In this document: piece after piece, positions 51,687 through 61,309 of the stretch
Numbering within the stretch: position 1 is the stretch's first letter
How the letters are laid out: each line of letters starts with the position of its first letter
Translations under genes and position numbers: made by a program
Source: Candidatus Latescibacterota bacterium
Lineage (GTDB): Bacteria > Latescibacterota > UBA2968 > SICM01
Length of the DNA stretch: 64,000 nucleotides
NCBI GenBank assembly: GCA_965217865.1
Contig: CBDCJO010000002.1
Coordinates: forward strand, 2,656,001-2,720,000
Direction: 5' to 3'
Notes under the pieces: model-generated
What the model was told of the DNA's origin: nothing
Seen by the model: only the letters and a program-made list of their open reading frames with translations
The model's database searches: none

Positions 51687-54600
51687 CTAATTATTTTTTT
51701 CGACACGCCTTACCTTAAGGGTCGCCTTTTCTCCATTGACGAGGATATCCGCCTCTTCATCAATCCGGTCTTTAACGACGAGTTGTTCGCAAAGCGTCTC
51801 TGCCTTGATATAGTCCCCGAAACGCTCCACTGCGTCTCTCAGGCGAGGGCTCAGAACACAATCGATCCGTACGCGATCAAGAATTTCCAGTCCCTGCTCC
51901 TTCCGCATGTTTTGAATTTTGTGGACACACTCCCTTGCGAAGCCTTCATCTTCCAGATCCTTCGTAAGCCGGGTGTCCAGAGCCACAACCACACCCCCTT
52001 CTTCAGCCACTGCCATTCCCTCCGCGGCTTTGGTTTCCACCACAAGGTCATCGGGGACTAATCCGATCGTCTGTCCTTCAACGGCTATCCGGACTTCATC
52101 ACCCCGCTTGATCCGAGAGGCTACCATGTCTGAATCCATCGCTTCCAATGCGACTTTAAGCCCCGGAACCAGCTCACGATGCTTCTTTCCGACGGAGCCG
52201 AAATTGATTTTGATAGTGTGGTCGACCAGGGACGACCGATCCTCCGCAAGCCTGAGATCTTTGACGTTCAGTTCCTGAAGAATGAGCGGGCGTAACCGGT
52301 CAAGTCCGCCCGGATCGCCGTTCTCCATCACCACCACCATTTTTGAAAGCGGTTGTCTTACCTTCAACCCGGAGGATGTTCTGGCCGAACGACCCAGGCT
52401 GACGAGGCGGATCAGGGTCCTCATCTCCGCCATCAGACATTCGTCGATCAGTTCTTCCTGGACTTCCGGATAATCGCATAGGTGTACGCTTTCGGCTGCG
52501 GTTTGGTCGATGGATCGGACCAGGTTCTGATAGATCTCCTCTGATAAGAACGGGAGGATGGGGCTGAGGAGTTTGCTGAGAGTCACAAGGGTTTCGTGCA
52601 GTGTCAGATACGCCGCAGCCTTGTCACTGTAATTGTCGCTTTTCCAAAATCGACGCCTGTTCAGACGCACATACCAGTTCGAGAGGTCGTCGAAAAAGGC
52701 CTCAACGGATTTGATCAAGGGGGGAAGATCGTACTGGTCCAGGGATTTCCTGGCCGTGCGGACCAGAACTTGGAGGCGGGATAAAATCCACCGATCCGTT
52801 AACGTCCGTTCTACCGTTTGGTCCAGTCTCTTCGGGTCGAAGCCATCGACGATGGCATACCCAACAAAAAATTTTGTAGTGTTCCACAACGTCAGAAACC
52901 GCCGCTTGACTTCCGATGCAGGACCATAACCGAAGTTGAGGTTCAAAGAAAGGTTCTGGTCCGCGAACAACCATCTCATCGGCTCCGCGCCCATCACCTC
53001 CACAGCCTCATCGAACCAGAGGGTATTGCCCGTGCTCTTGTGCATCGGCCGCCCGAGCTCGTCGTTCATCTTCTCGTAAGTCAGAACTTTCCGGAAGGGC
53101 GACCTCCCCTCAAGCGTCACGCCCATAAACAACATCGAATAAAACCAGAGCCTGATCTGCTCTCGCATCTCCGTGACAAATTCGGCCGGAAACCACTTCT
53201 CCCAGGAGCTCCGGTCTCCGCTCGTGTAGCCGAGGGTTGAAAACGGTACGATGCCCGCGTCGAGCCAGCAATCGCCTACCTCGGGAATGCGCCGCGCGGG
53301 GCTCCCCGAAGACGTCCGGATTTCGACCTCGTCGATCCAGGGACGATGCAGCTCTGGCAACTCATCCACAGTTTTCGGGTCGAGGGCCTTTTCCCGGAGT
53401 TCCCTCACAGATCCAACGATGATCAACTCACCGTCTTCGGATTCATAGAACGGCAGAGGCAACCCCCAGTATCGTTTTCTGGAAATACACCAATCCCCCA
53501 TGTTGTTCAGCCAATCCTCCATCCGCTTTCCAGAATGGTCTGGAATCCAGCAGACGGACTGCGCGGCCTTGAGCATCTGGGGGCGGATCTCATCGCACGA
53601 AATAAACCACTCGTCCACCAGGCGGAAGACCAGCTCGTCCTTGCATCGCCAGCACCTGGGATAGCGGTGAGTATAATCTTCCAGTTTATAAAGCAAGCCC
53701 TTCTCTTTCAGACTTTCGAAAACAATCGGCGCCGCTTCGAACACGCTCTTGAAAGAAAAATTTCCGAACCCCTCCTGGTACACCCCGTCCTCGTCCAGGG
53801 GTGCAAGGGTCTGCAACCCGTGAATTCGTGCCAATTCATAATCCTCAGCCCCGCATCCGGGTGCGATGTGCACCACGCCCGTTCCTTCTTCTTCGCCCAC
53901 CTGGTCCCAGGGAATGATCCGGTGTTCCACCCCCTGCTGCGCAGGCAAGTCGTCAAAAGGCCCCTCGTAAGTAAGCCCAACCAGCTCATTTCCCTTGATG
54001 AGGTTGAGGACTTTGTAGTCCCCGGACAGCCGCTCCACGGTGCCCTTTGAAAGATAAAAAACATCATGCCCCTGCCTCGCCTTGATATAATCAAGATCCG
54101 GATGGACCGCCAGGGCCACATTCGAGGTAAGCGTCCACGGCGTGGTCGTCCATACCAGGATATGCTCCCCCTTTCGTTCTCGGATCGGCAATTTTATATA
54201 GACCGCCCGATGGGTCATCTCGTCATAGGCATCGGCCAGTTCGTGCTGGGAGAGGGAAGTGCCACAGCGTGCGCACCAGGGCATCACCCGATGTCCCTTG
54301 TAGAGCCAACCCTTCTGATGGCATACCTTTAAAAAGTGCCAGATATGCTCAATGTTTTCATCCGAATAAGTGTAGTAGGAGCATTCCCAATCCATCCACT
54401 GGCCCAACCTCCGGCTGGTCTCGATGATGGCATCGGCCGATCGATCTACACTTTGACGGCACTTCCGGGAAAAGTCACCCAGGCCATACTCGAGGATATC
54501 CTTCTTTGAGTTCAGATCGAGGTCCTTCTCCACCTCAACCTCCACCCAGAGCCCCTGACAATCGAACCCGTTCTGATAGCGCTGGTCGAAACCTTGCATC

Positions 54601-54821
54601 GCCTTATAACGCTGAAAGATATCTTTATAGGTGCGCCCCCAGGCGTGATGCACACCGATCCCTCGAGTGTTGTTTGCCGTGATCGGACCGTCGACGAACG
54701 AGTAGACAGGGCCCCCCTGGTTCTTTTTGCGCAGCTTGGAAAACGCGTCCACTTGGTCCCAGAATTTAAAGATCCTCTTTTCGATCTCCGGGAAATTCAG
54801 GTCACCGACTTCCTTGAACAT
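51687..54821 (-). CDS. ileS: Isoleucyl-tRNA synthetase, type 2
   Basis: DGPITAN, WTTTPWTL, GTGVVHIAP, DWCISRKRYWG and the type-2 C-terminus (ARECVHKIQNMRK). Signature motifs read GVHH and PMHKS. Confidence 0.96.
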   Translation of the reverse strand: MFKEVGDLNFPEIEKRIFKFWDQVDAFSKLRKKNQGGPVYSFVDGPITANNTRGIGVHHAWGRTYKDIFQRYKAMQGFDQRYQNGFDCQGLWVEVEVEKDLDLNSKKDILEYGLGDFSRKCRQSVDRSADAIIETSRRLGQWMDWECSYYTYSDENIEHIWHFLKVCHQKGWLYKGHRVMPWCARCGTSLSQHELADAYDEMTHRAVYIKLPIRERKGEHILVWTTTPWTLTSNVALAVHPDLDYIKARQGHDVFYLSKGTVERLSGDYKVLNLIKGNELVGLTYEGPFDDLPAQQGVEHRIIPWDQVGEEEGTGVVHIAPGCGAEDYELARIHGLQTLAPLDEDGVYQEGFGNFSFKSVFEAAPIVFESLKEKGLLYKLEDYTHRYPRCWRCKDELVFRLVDEWFISCDEIRPQMLKAAQSVCWIPDHSGKRMEDWLNNMGDWCISRKRYWGLPLPFYESEDGELIIVGSVRELREKALDPKTVDELPELHRPWIDEVEIRTSSGSPARRIPEVGDCWLDAGIVPFSTLGYTSGDRSSWEKWFPAEFVTEMREQIRLWFYSMLFMGVTLEGRSPFRKVLTYEKMNDELGRPMHKSTGNTLWFDEAVEVMGAEPMRWLFADQNLSLNLNFGYGPASEVKRRFLTLWNTTKFFVGYAIVDGFDPKRLDQTVERTLTDRWILSRLQVLVRTARKSLDQYDLPPLIKSVEAFFDDLSNWYVRLNRRRFWKSDNYSDKAAAYLTLHETLVTLSKLLSPILPFLSEEIYQNLVRSIDQTAAESVHLCDYPEVQEELIDECLMAEMRTLIRLVSLGRSARTSSGLKVRQPLSKMVVVMENGDPGGLDRLRPLILQELNVKDLRLAEDRSSLVDHTIKINFGSVGKKHRELVPGLKVALEAMDSDMVASRIKRGDEVRIAVEGQTIGLVPDDLVVETKAAEGMAVAEEGGVVVALDTRLTKDLEDEGFARECVHKIQNMRKEQGLEILDRVRIDCVLSPRLRDAVERFGDYIKAETLCEQLVVKDRIDEEADILVNGEKATLKVRRVEKNN

Positions 54822-54894
54822 GAACTCTCGTACTCCGCTTGACTTTGATGGTAGGCCCGTTTCCGTTTCCGGAATGCCCACTCCACGTCTCTTC

Positions 54895-55716
54895 TTACAT
54901 CTCCTCCACCACACGCTTCATGATCAGGGTCAGGTTTGGCTCCGTTCTGTTGGCCGTCTTGATAATCTCTGCGATATTCGCCGGTTTCAGTGCGTCCGGG
55001 AAACATTCATCTGTCACCACCGAAATCCCCAGGGTCCGCATGCCCGAATGCACAGCCACGATGATCTCGGGCACTGTTGACATCCCGACCACATCCGCAC
55101 CGATTGCCTTCAGGAACCGATACTCCGCCCGGGTCTCCAGATTTGGACCGGATACCGCGACATAGACCCCTTTCTGCAATGGGATCCTGGCCTCAAGGGC
55201 AACGCGTTCGGCCAACGCGATCATGCTCTTGTCATAAGGCGTGGACATATCCGGAAACCGGGGACCGAGCTCGTCGTCATTCAGACCGATCAGGGGGTTG
55301 TCGCCGAGGAGGTTGATATGGTCTTCAATAACCATCAGATCACCCGCACGATAATTTGAGTTCATCCCACCACACGCATTGGACACCAGGAGGGTTTCCG
55401 CCCCAAGGGCTTTCATGACGCGCACCGGGAAGGTAATCTGACGCATCGAATAGCCTTCGTAGTAGTGGAACCGTCCCTGCATGGCCACGACACGCTTCCC
55501 CCCAAGTCGCCCGAAGATCAACTTCCCCGCGTGCGTCTCCACGGTTGAGACCGGAAAGTGGGGCAAATCCGTGTAGGCGATCTCAGTTTCGATTTCAATC
55601 TCCTTGGCCAACCCGCCTAAACCCGTCCCCAGGACGATGCCCACCTCAGGCTTCGTCGATGTGAACTTGCGCAGGTATAACTTCGTCTCATTTATTTGCA
55701 AATTAATCTCAGCCAT
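54895..55716 (-). CDS. punA: Purine nucleoside phosphorylase (trimeric type)
   Basis: GRFHYYEG, GPNLETRAE and VGMSTVPE. Confidence 0.93.
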   Translation of the reverse strand: MAEINLQINETKLYLRKFTSTKPEVGIVLGTGLGGLAKEIEIETEIAYTDLPHFPVSTVETHAGKLIFGRLGGKRVVAMQGRFHYYEGYSMRQITFPVRVMKALGAETLLVSNACGGMNSNYRAGDLMVIEDHINLLGDNPLIGLNDDELGPRFPDMSTPYDKSMIALAERVALEARIPLQKGVYVAVSGPNLETRAEYRFLKAIGADVVGMSTVPEIIVAVHSGMRTLGISVVTDECFPDALKPANIAEIIKTANRTEPNLTLIMKRVVEEM

Positions 55717-55747
55717 ACCTCGACTTTTCTCTCAATTCGGCCTCGTT

Positions 55748-56041
55748 TCACGTTTTATGACTTTCCTTCAGCCGCTTGAGAAGATCATCCGGTTTCTCGT
55801 GGACCCCTTGAATCTCGATAATTTTATTCCGAGATCCTGCCCCGGAATGAATCACAATTTGAGACCCGGCAATTCCGAGCCGCCGGGCGATTAAAGAAAT
55901 CAAGCGCTTATTCGCAGCCCCTTTAACCGGAGGGGCGTTAATCCGCACATTTAAAGTGCCCCCTTCTTCAAACCGCACTTCGTCCCGGATGGCTCGGGGT
56001 TGGACGCGAACCTGAATTTTGAAGCTCCCCGATCCCATCAT
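55748..56041 (-). CDS. DUF167/YggU family protein
   Basis: VRVQPRA, APPVKGAAN and GSRNK. Confidence 0.9.
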   Translation of the reverse strand: MMGSGSFKIQVRVQPRAIRDEVRFEEGGTLNVRINAPPVKGAANKRLISLIARRLGIAGSQIVIHSGAGSRNKIIEIQGVHEKPDDLLKRLKESHKT

Positions 56042-56601
56042 CCCCCCGATGAGGCCGTGGAGATCGTCTCATCTTCTTCTTCGGGAGTCGATGGACCCCC
56101 GGGATCCTTCGATGGCTTATTGGTGTTTCCTTCATGCTTGGACTCGCGGGTTTCATCCGATCGGATGCCCTTGAGGAGTTCGGTCTGAGCCTCCAAGAGC
56201 CCCTTAAACCGGGCAATAAACGTGTCCCGCTGGGATTTGAGTGAAGCGAATTCGGCCTTGATTCGACCCACCTGTCCCCGCGCCTGTTCAATCGCACGCT
56301 CGGCGACGATCTGAGCCTCTTTTATGATCAGGTCTCCTTCCTTCTTTGCGTTTTCTCGAGTATCCTCGGAGGCCTGCTGGGCAGTTACAAGCGTCTCCTG
56401 AAGGGTCCTCTCAAGGTTTCGAAAACGGCCGATCTCAACCTCTAGCGTCTCTGCACGCTCCTGGATGCTGATCAATTCACGGCTCGTCTTCTCATAGACA
56501 TCCGCAATCATATCCAGGAAGGCCTGGACTTCAACAGGGTCATAGCCCCGGAGTGCCTTCCTGAACTCCTGCTTGCGGATGTCCAGGGGGGTAATATTCA
56601 C
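56038..56601 (-). CDS. divIVA: DivIVA domain protein
   Basis: ITPLDIRKQEF..LRGYDPVEVQAFL followed by a coiled coil. Confidence 0.92.
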   Translation of the reverse strand: MNITPLDIRKQEFRKALRGYDPVEVQAFLDMIADVYEKTSRELISIQERAETLEVEIGRFRNLERTLQETLVTAQQASEDTRENAKKEGDLIIKEAQIVAERAIEQARGQVGRIKAEFASLKSQRDTFIARFKGLLEAQTELLKGIRSDETRESKHEGNTNKPSKDPGGPSTPEEEDETISTASSGG

Positions 56602-56656
56602 AGTCGTCTCACCTCGTCTGTATGGTTAATGGTCTAGTATCTAGTGAATCCAGAAC

Positions 56657-56944
56657 CTATCCGAATCTGATGGAGTCGAGGAACAACTTTGCAACCAAGA
56701 GCAACATGATCAACACCAAAGGAGAAAAATCCAGACTCGTAGCCCACATGAAATTCGGCATTTTTCGCCGGATCGCATTCAACACCGGATCGGTCACCGC
56801 GTGCAAAAAACGCACAATGGGATTGTAAGGATCGGGGTTCACCCACGAAATCAATGCCCGGATAATCACGATCCAAATATAAAGGTTGATGATCCCTATG
56901 ATCAACCCGATCAACCCCTGACCGAAATTTCCAAAGTCAAACAT
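56657..56944 (-). CDS. yggT: YggT family membrane protein
   Basis: ISWVNPDPYNP, TDPVL and LDFSP. Confidence 0.93.
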   Translation of the reverse strand: MFDFGNFGQGLIGLIIGIINLYIWIVIIRALISWVNPDPYNPIVRFLHAVTDPVLNAIRRKMPNFMWATSLDFSPLVLIMLLLVAKLFLDSIRFG

Positions 56945-57071
56945 ACAATCTGTTCCTCACTCTCATTCACGGGGGAAAAGGTGTGTCTCAATTTGTAGTT
57001 TCATCGTGCACTTTTCTCGGTCCGCCGTTTTATGTTTAAAACCAGAATGTCGTGGATGATAGGGAGGTTCT

Positions 57072-57782
57072 TCAAGCTCTTTCCCCGAAAATCGCTGTCC
57101 CGATCCGAACCAGAGTCGCCCCTTCTTCGACTGCCGCTTCGAAATCGCCAGTCATCCCCATCGAGAGATGATTCATCGACACGTGCGGTATACCCCCGGC
57201 GACCACGCGGTCTCGGCTCTCCCGCAACCGCACGAAGAAAGGCCGGGCGACATCCCCCACAGTTCCGATCGCCCCTATCGTCATCAGGCCTACGATCCGG
57301 ACTGACTTAAATCCTGATACGGATCCGATCAGGTCTAAAACCTTCTCAGGCGCCACGCCAAATTTAGACGTTTCATCGGAGGTGTTGACCTGGACCAGGA
57401 CTTTAACGACTTTCCCCGCTAGGTCGGCCCGTCGGTCGATCTCCTTCGCCAGGGAGAGGCTATCCAACGAGTGAATCAGATCAAAGATTTCGACGGCCTT
57501 CTTGACCTTATTCGTCTGGAGATGGCCGACAAGGTGCCAGTTTACCGGTAGAGAAACCGCCCTATTCTTCATCTCCGCTTCTTGAACCCGGTTTTCACCG
57601 ATAACCTGGATACCCGAGCGAATGGCCTCTTCGATATCGCTGGGTGTCCGAGTCTTAGCGACTGCAACCAGCGTCACATCCTCCCCACCTCGACCCGACC
57701 GCTCCGCTGCCCGCGAAATCCGCTCATGGACGATTTTTAACCGCTCAGAAATGCGCAATGTCTGGCTTTGTTCCAAATTCAT
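57072..57782 (-). CDS. yggS: PLP homeostasis protein
   Basis: GENRVQE, HLVGHLQTNK, LSMGMTGD and VRIGTAIFG. Confidence 0.95.
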   Translation of the reverse strand: MNLEQSQTLRISERLKIVHERISRAAERSGRGGEDVTLVAVAKTRTPSDIEEAIRSGIQVIGENRVQEAEMKNRAVSLPVNWHLVGHLQTNKVKKAVEIFDLIHSLDSLSLAKEIDRRADLAGKVVKVLVQVNTSDETSKFGVAPEKVLDLIGSVSGFKSVRIVGLMTIGAIGTVGDVARPFFVRLRESRDRVVAGGIPHVSMNHLSMGMTGDFEAAVEEGATLVRIGTAIFGERA

Positions 57783-58063
57783 ATAAGAAAAAAATATAGG
57801 CATTAACATCTTGATTTGCAATAAGAAACTATACCTTGGCCGATTCAAGAGGTGAGGCGGTTTGTGTATTCGAGATGGGAATGGCTGAAGCTGCAGGAGG
57901 GCTAGGACCAGCGGACTTTCCGAGTGGCAGATTGTGATAGGTTTTCAGGGACCAGGAAGGCAATTCGTTAGGGACGGCTGGGGCGGTTTTAATTTGACAA
58001 TCAAATTTTCCTGTATATCATATCCAGATACGTTACGGATTTTCGACTATCATTAAAGACAAA

Positions 58064-58697
58064 ATGAACGCCACCCTATACTACATCGCAGATCCCATGT
58101 GCTCCTGGTGCTGGGGATTCCATCCGGTGCTGCAGAAAGTCAGGGGGGCCCTCCCGGAGGATATCCAACTGGTTTATGTCATGGGGGGGTTGGCGAAAGA
58201 CTCCGACGAACCCATGCCGGACGATATTCGAGCCTACGTGCAAAATGCCTGGAGGGAGGTCGGTGTAAGAACCGGAGCCCGGTTCAATTGGGATTTTTGG
58301 ATGCGCTGCAGCCCCGTCCGGTCCACGTATCCGGCCTGTCGTGGCGTGCTCAGCGCAGGAAAAGGAGGCCGGTCCGGCCTACTATCAGGCCGTTCAAAAG
58401 GCTTACTACCTGCAAGCACGCAACCCTTCAGAGACCGAGACACTCGTTGAACTCGCAGACGAGATCGGCCTTGACGAATCACGCTTTGCAACCGAACTAC
58501 GCTCCCCCAAAACCGAACAACGCCTCCAGGATCAATTCTCCACGCGTAGGAGGTTGGGAATTCGCCAATTTCCAAGCCTTGTCCTGGAGGCATGTAACGA
58601 GAGCACCTTGATTACCAAAGGATATAGCGGTTTTGACCCCGTCATGGCGGAATTTGCCCCAGCGCTTTGTCGCCTGAGAGAATTTACGTCGCCTTAA
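58064..58697 (+). pseudogene. DsbA-family thioredoxin-fold protein, frameshifted near 58355
   Basis: DPMCSWCWGF and RSTYPACR in the first ORF; QKAYYLQARNPS and GIRQFPSL in the second. Confidence 0.85.
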
Positions 58698-58790
58698 TTG
58701 AGTCGACCCAATTCTAACAGCCCCACTCCCCCTGCTCGTAAATAACTGCACAATTGTACAGGAAAATTCTAGTCCAGGCACAAAAAAGGC

Positions 58791-58846
58791 TTGACTTGGA
58801 AGAGTTCTGGGACTAATTTTTAGCTTAATTGAATTCAGTTAATCTA
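58791..58846 (+). promoter_or_regulatory. Sigma70-like promoter with a palindromic operator just downstream of the -10 box
   Basis: TTGACT (58791)-17bp-TAATTT (58814). TAGCTTAATTGAATTCAGTTAATCTA at 58821-58846 is self-complementary at 22 of 26 positions. Confidence 0.7.
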
Positions 58847-58876
58847 CCAACCACCATTTTGGAGCGGGTGATCAAC

Positions 58877-59431
58877 GTGTTACATCGATCCCCACCTTTT
58901 CTGATTCCAGCTCCGAATGCCATTCTGACCGGCCGTTCCATAGGAGCGGAAATTCTGGATCGGCTGATGGAGTATCTCCGTACCGTCGAATTCGATTCGG
59001 TCATTCCCCTGGATTTCGATGAAGTGGAATTTATCGATATCTCTTGCGCGGACGAGTTTCTTTCCCGCCTCCTGATGCGGATCGGAAGCGGAGAACTCGG
59101 AACCCGTTACGTCTTCATCCAGGAGGCCAATCCGTCTGTCAGAGAGACGATGGAAGCCGTGCTCAAGCTAAGGGGATTGACAGCCCTGCTCAAACAGGAG
59201 GAGGGCGTGATCATTATGGGCGAACTGAAACGACCCATGAAAGAGGCCCTTGAGGTTTTGATCAACAGAAAACAGGCCACATCGTCCGACCTGGCCGGTG
59301 TCCTGGATAAAAACCTGAACATCGTCTGCAACAGACTCAACGTCCTCCAGCGCTTGGGACTCGTCTGCCGAGTTCGTGAGGGGAGCGTCTCCGGTGGCGG
59401 CAGACAGTACTATTACGAATCCATCCTTTAA
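58877..59431 (+). CDS. STAS-like (DUF4325-type) domain fused to a winged-helix DNA-binding domain
   Basis: LTGRSIG and LDFDEVEFIDISCADE; C-terminal TSSDLA..NRLNVLQRLGLV..GGRQYYY. Start is GTG 58868 or 58877. Confidence 0.72.
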   Translation: MLHRSPPFLIPAPNAILTGRSIGAEILDRLMEYLRTVEFDSVIPLDFDEVEFIDISCADEFLSRLLMRIGSGELGTRYVFIQEANPSVRETMEAVLKLRGLTALLKQEEGVIIMGELKRPMKEALEVLINRKQATSSDLAGVLDKNLNIVCNRLNVLQRLGLVCRVREGSVSGGGRQYYYESIL

Positions 59432-59469
59432 CTTTAGACTCCGGACTCCGGTTGTTTTTATGAGGTGCG

Positions 59470-60699
59470 ATGCTTGACTTGGGCGCCGTAAAGGGCCAGA
59501 TCGATCAGATGGCCCTCCATCAGAAGCAGAGCCAGGACGACTATGACAGGCGAATCGAAAGATCGGTTCACGAGATCCGACGATGGTCCGGGGAATGGCG
59601 GAACCTGTCACACGACGTGGACAAAAGCAAAACCTCCTGGCTGGTCGCACGTTTATCCGGTCCACCGGATGCTCAGTTTCACCCGGCTGAACGTCCCAAA
59701 CTGCTTACGGTGGTGGCGACGGATGGGTCCCAGATCTTCCCGGATCGGCACGAGGTATCCCCCTGCTTCTTATTGAACGTGGGCTATGTGGTGATTCATT
59801 ACGGGACCGGGGAGCGCCCAATCCTTGCCAGCCGTCCGTCTCTATACTATAAAGAGGAAGACCTCTACGAGGAGGTGGATGGGCGCCGCAGCAGGATAAC
59901 CCGGGAGTCTGTGGGAATCAGGAGGGGAGTTCTGGAGTTCACATATCTAGCCAACCTCTCCATAAAAGAAAAGGAAGAAGGCCGGTCTGTGGTCGCTCTG
60001 TCCGATGGTACACTCATCCAATGGTCTCTCGAAGGCCGGCCTCCCAACCTCCGTCTGGCCATGCTCCAGAAATATCTGGACGCCTTTGAAAAGATGCGAT
60101 TGGCAGGGGTTCCCTTTGCTGGCTATATCAGCAGTCCCGGAAGCGCTGATGTTATCAATTCCCTCCGAGTGGGCCTCTGTCCGGAAGAGCCAACGAATTG
60201 CGACGCCTGCCCGTGGAAAGCCGAACTCCGTGAACGTTTGTTGGATGGGATTCATAACATAGAGCCCCCCGCGCTCCCCGGCGGACTGCCGTGCAGCCCG
60301 ATCGAAGGCGTTACGGACCAAATCCTTTTTTCCAGGGTCTTGGAAAAGGGTGAAAGGAGCGGGATCTTCCACAGTCAATCGAAGATCTTGAACGATTATG
60401 GCCCTCACCGGATCAGTTTCTTCTACCTCAACACGGGATCCGAGATCGCCCGGGTGGAGATTCCCGCTTGGGTGGCCGAAAACCCAAACGACCTTGGCCT
60501 TTTGCACGCCTCCCTCTATGACCAGGCTCAGAAGGGAAAGGGCTATCCCGTAGCCCTTTCTGAGGCCCACGAAAAGGCAGTGGTCCGCGGACCGGACCGT
60601 GAGTTATTCTACAGGTTTTTAAGAGACACCCTGATCCGGAACGAGGTCCGGGCGGAGATCTCCCTCAAAGGCCTGAAAAAAATCACCGCTCGAATATGA
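59470..60699 (+). CDS. nurA: NurA nuclease
   Basis: ATDGSQ, SDGTL and GYPVALSEAHEKA. Confidence 0.9.
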   Translation: MLDLGAVKGQIDQMALHQKQSQDDYDRRIERSVHEIRRWSGEWRNLSHDVDKSKTSWLVARLSGPPDAQFHPAERPKLLTVVATDGSQIFPDRHEVSPCFLLNVGYVVIHYGTGERPILASRPSLYYKEEDLYEEVDGRRSRITRESVGIRRGVLEFTYLANLSIKEKEEGRSVVALSDGTLIQWSLEGRPPNLRLAMLQKYLDAFEKMRLAGVPFAGYISSPGSADVINSLRVGLCPEEPTNCDACPWKAELRERLLDGIHNIEPPALPGGLPCSPIEGVTDQILFSRVLEKGERSGIFHSQSKILNDYGPHRISFFYLNTGSEIARVEIPAWVAENPNDLGLLHASLYDQAQKGKGYPVALSEAHEKAVVRGPDRELFYRFLRDTLIRNEVRAEISLKGLKKITARI

Positions 60700-60727
60700 T
60701 TGGCGTCTTCGCGTCACCAGCGGAAAA

Positions 60728-61309
60728 ATGAAGATGGAAAACGATCACCTGGGCGAAGTCATCGACAGCAACACCGCTGATTTTCTGGCACAGAGCAGGG
60801 AACTGAACGGGTCTCCCCCATTCGGATCCTTCGTCAAGGTGGCTGCGGAGTCAACGGTCATCGGCCTTGTCTTCAATGTCTCAACCCACTCGATCGAACC
60901 CAACCGTCGGACCACCGCCTACGGCAAGACCGAAGAGGAGCTTCGCCTTGAACAACCCCAGATCTTTGAACTCCTGGCGACCGAATTCAGTTCGATCATC
61001 GTCGGACACCTCGACAGCTTTGGGGCTCACCCCTTCCTCCCCCCTCAACCCCCACGAATCCACAGCTTCGTCTATCCCTGCGGCCCGGATGAAACCCGGA
61101 TGTTCACGACCACCAGCGATTACCTCCGTACGGTCACCAATGCCTCTCGCCTTCCCACCGACGATCTGTTGATCGCCTCAGTCCGGAGCGCGTGGAACGC
61201 ACACGATCGGGACACGGCTTATCTGGTGTCCATAGGCAAGGATCTGTCTCGCCTCATCAAAAACGATTACGATCGTCTCAGTTCTATCATTCGGAGGATT
61301 TCCCAGTGA
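60728..61309 (+). CDS. Stand-alone HAS-barrel domain protein
   Basis: LGEVID, PPFGSFVK and PPQPPRIHSFV; lies between nurA and herA. Confidence 0.75.
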   Translation: MKMENDHLGEVIDSNTADFLAQSRELNGSPPFGSFVKVAAESTVIGLVFNVSTHSIEPNRRTTAYGKTEEELRLEQPQIFELLATEFSSIIVGHLDSFGAHPFLPPQPPRIHSFVYPCGPDETRMFTTTSDYLRTVTNASRLPTDDLLIASVRSAWNAHDRDTAYLVSIGKDLSRLIKNDYDRLSSIIRRISQ

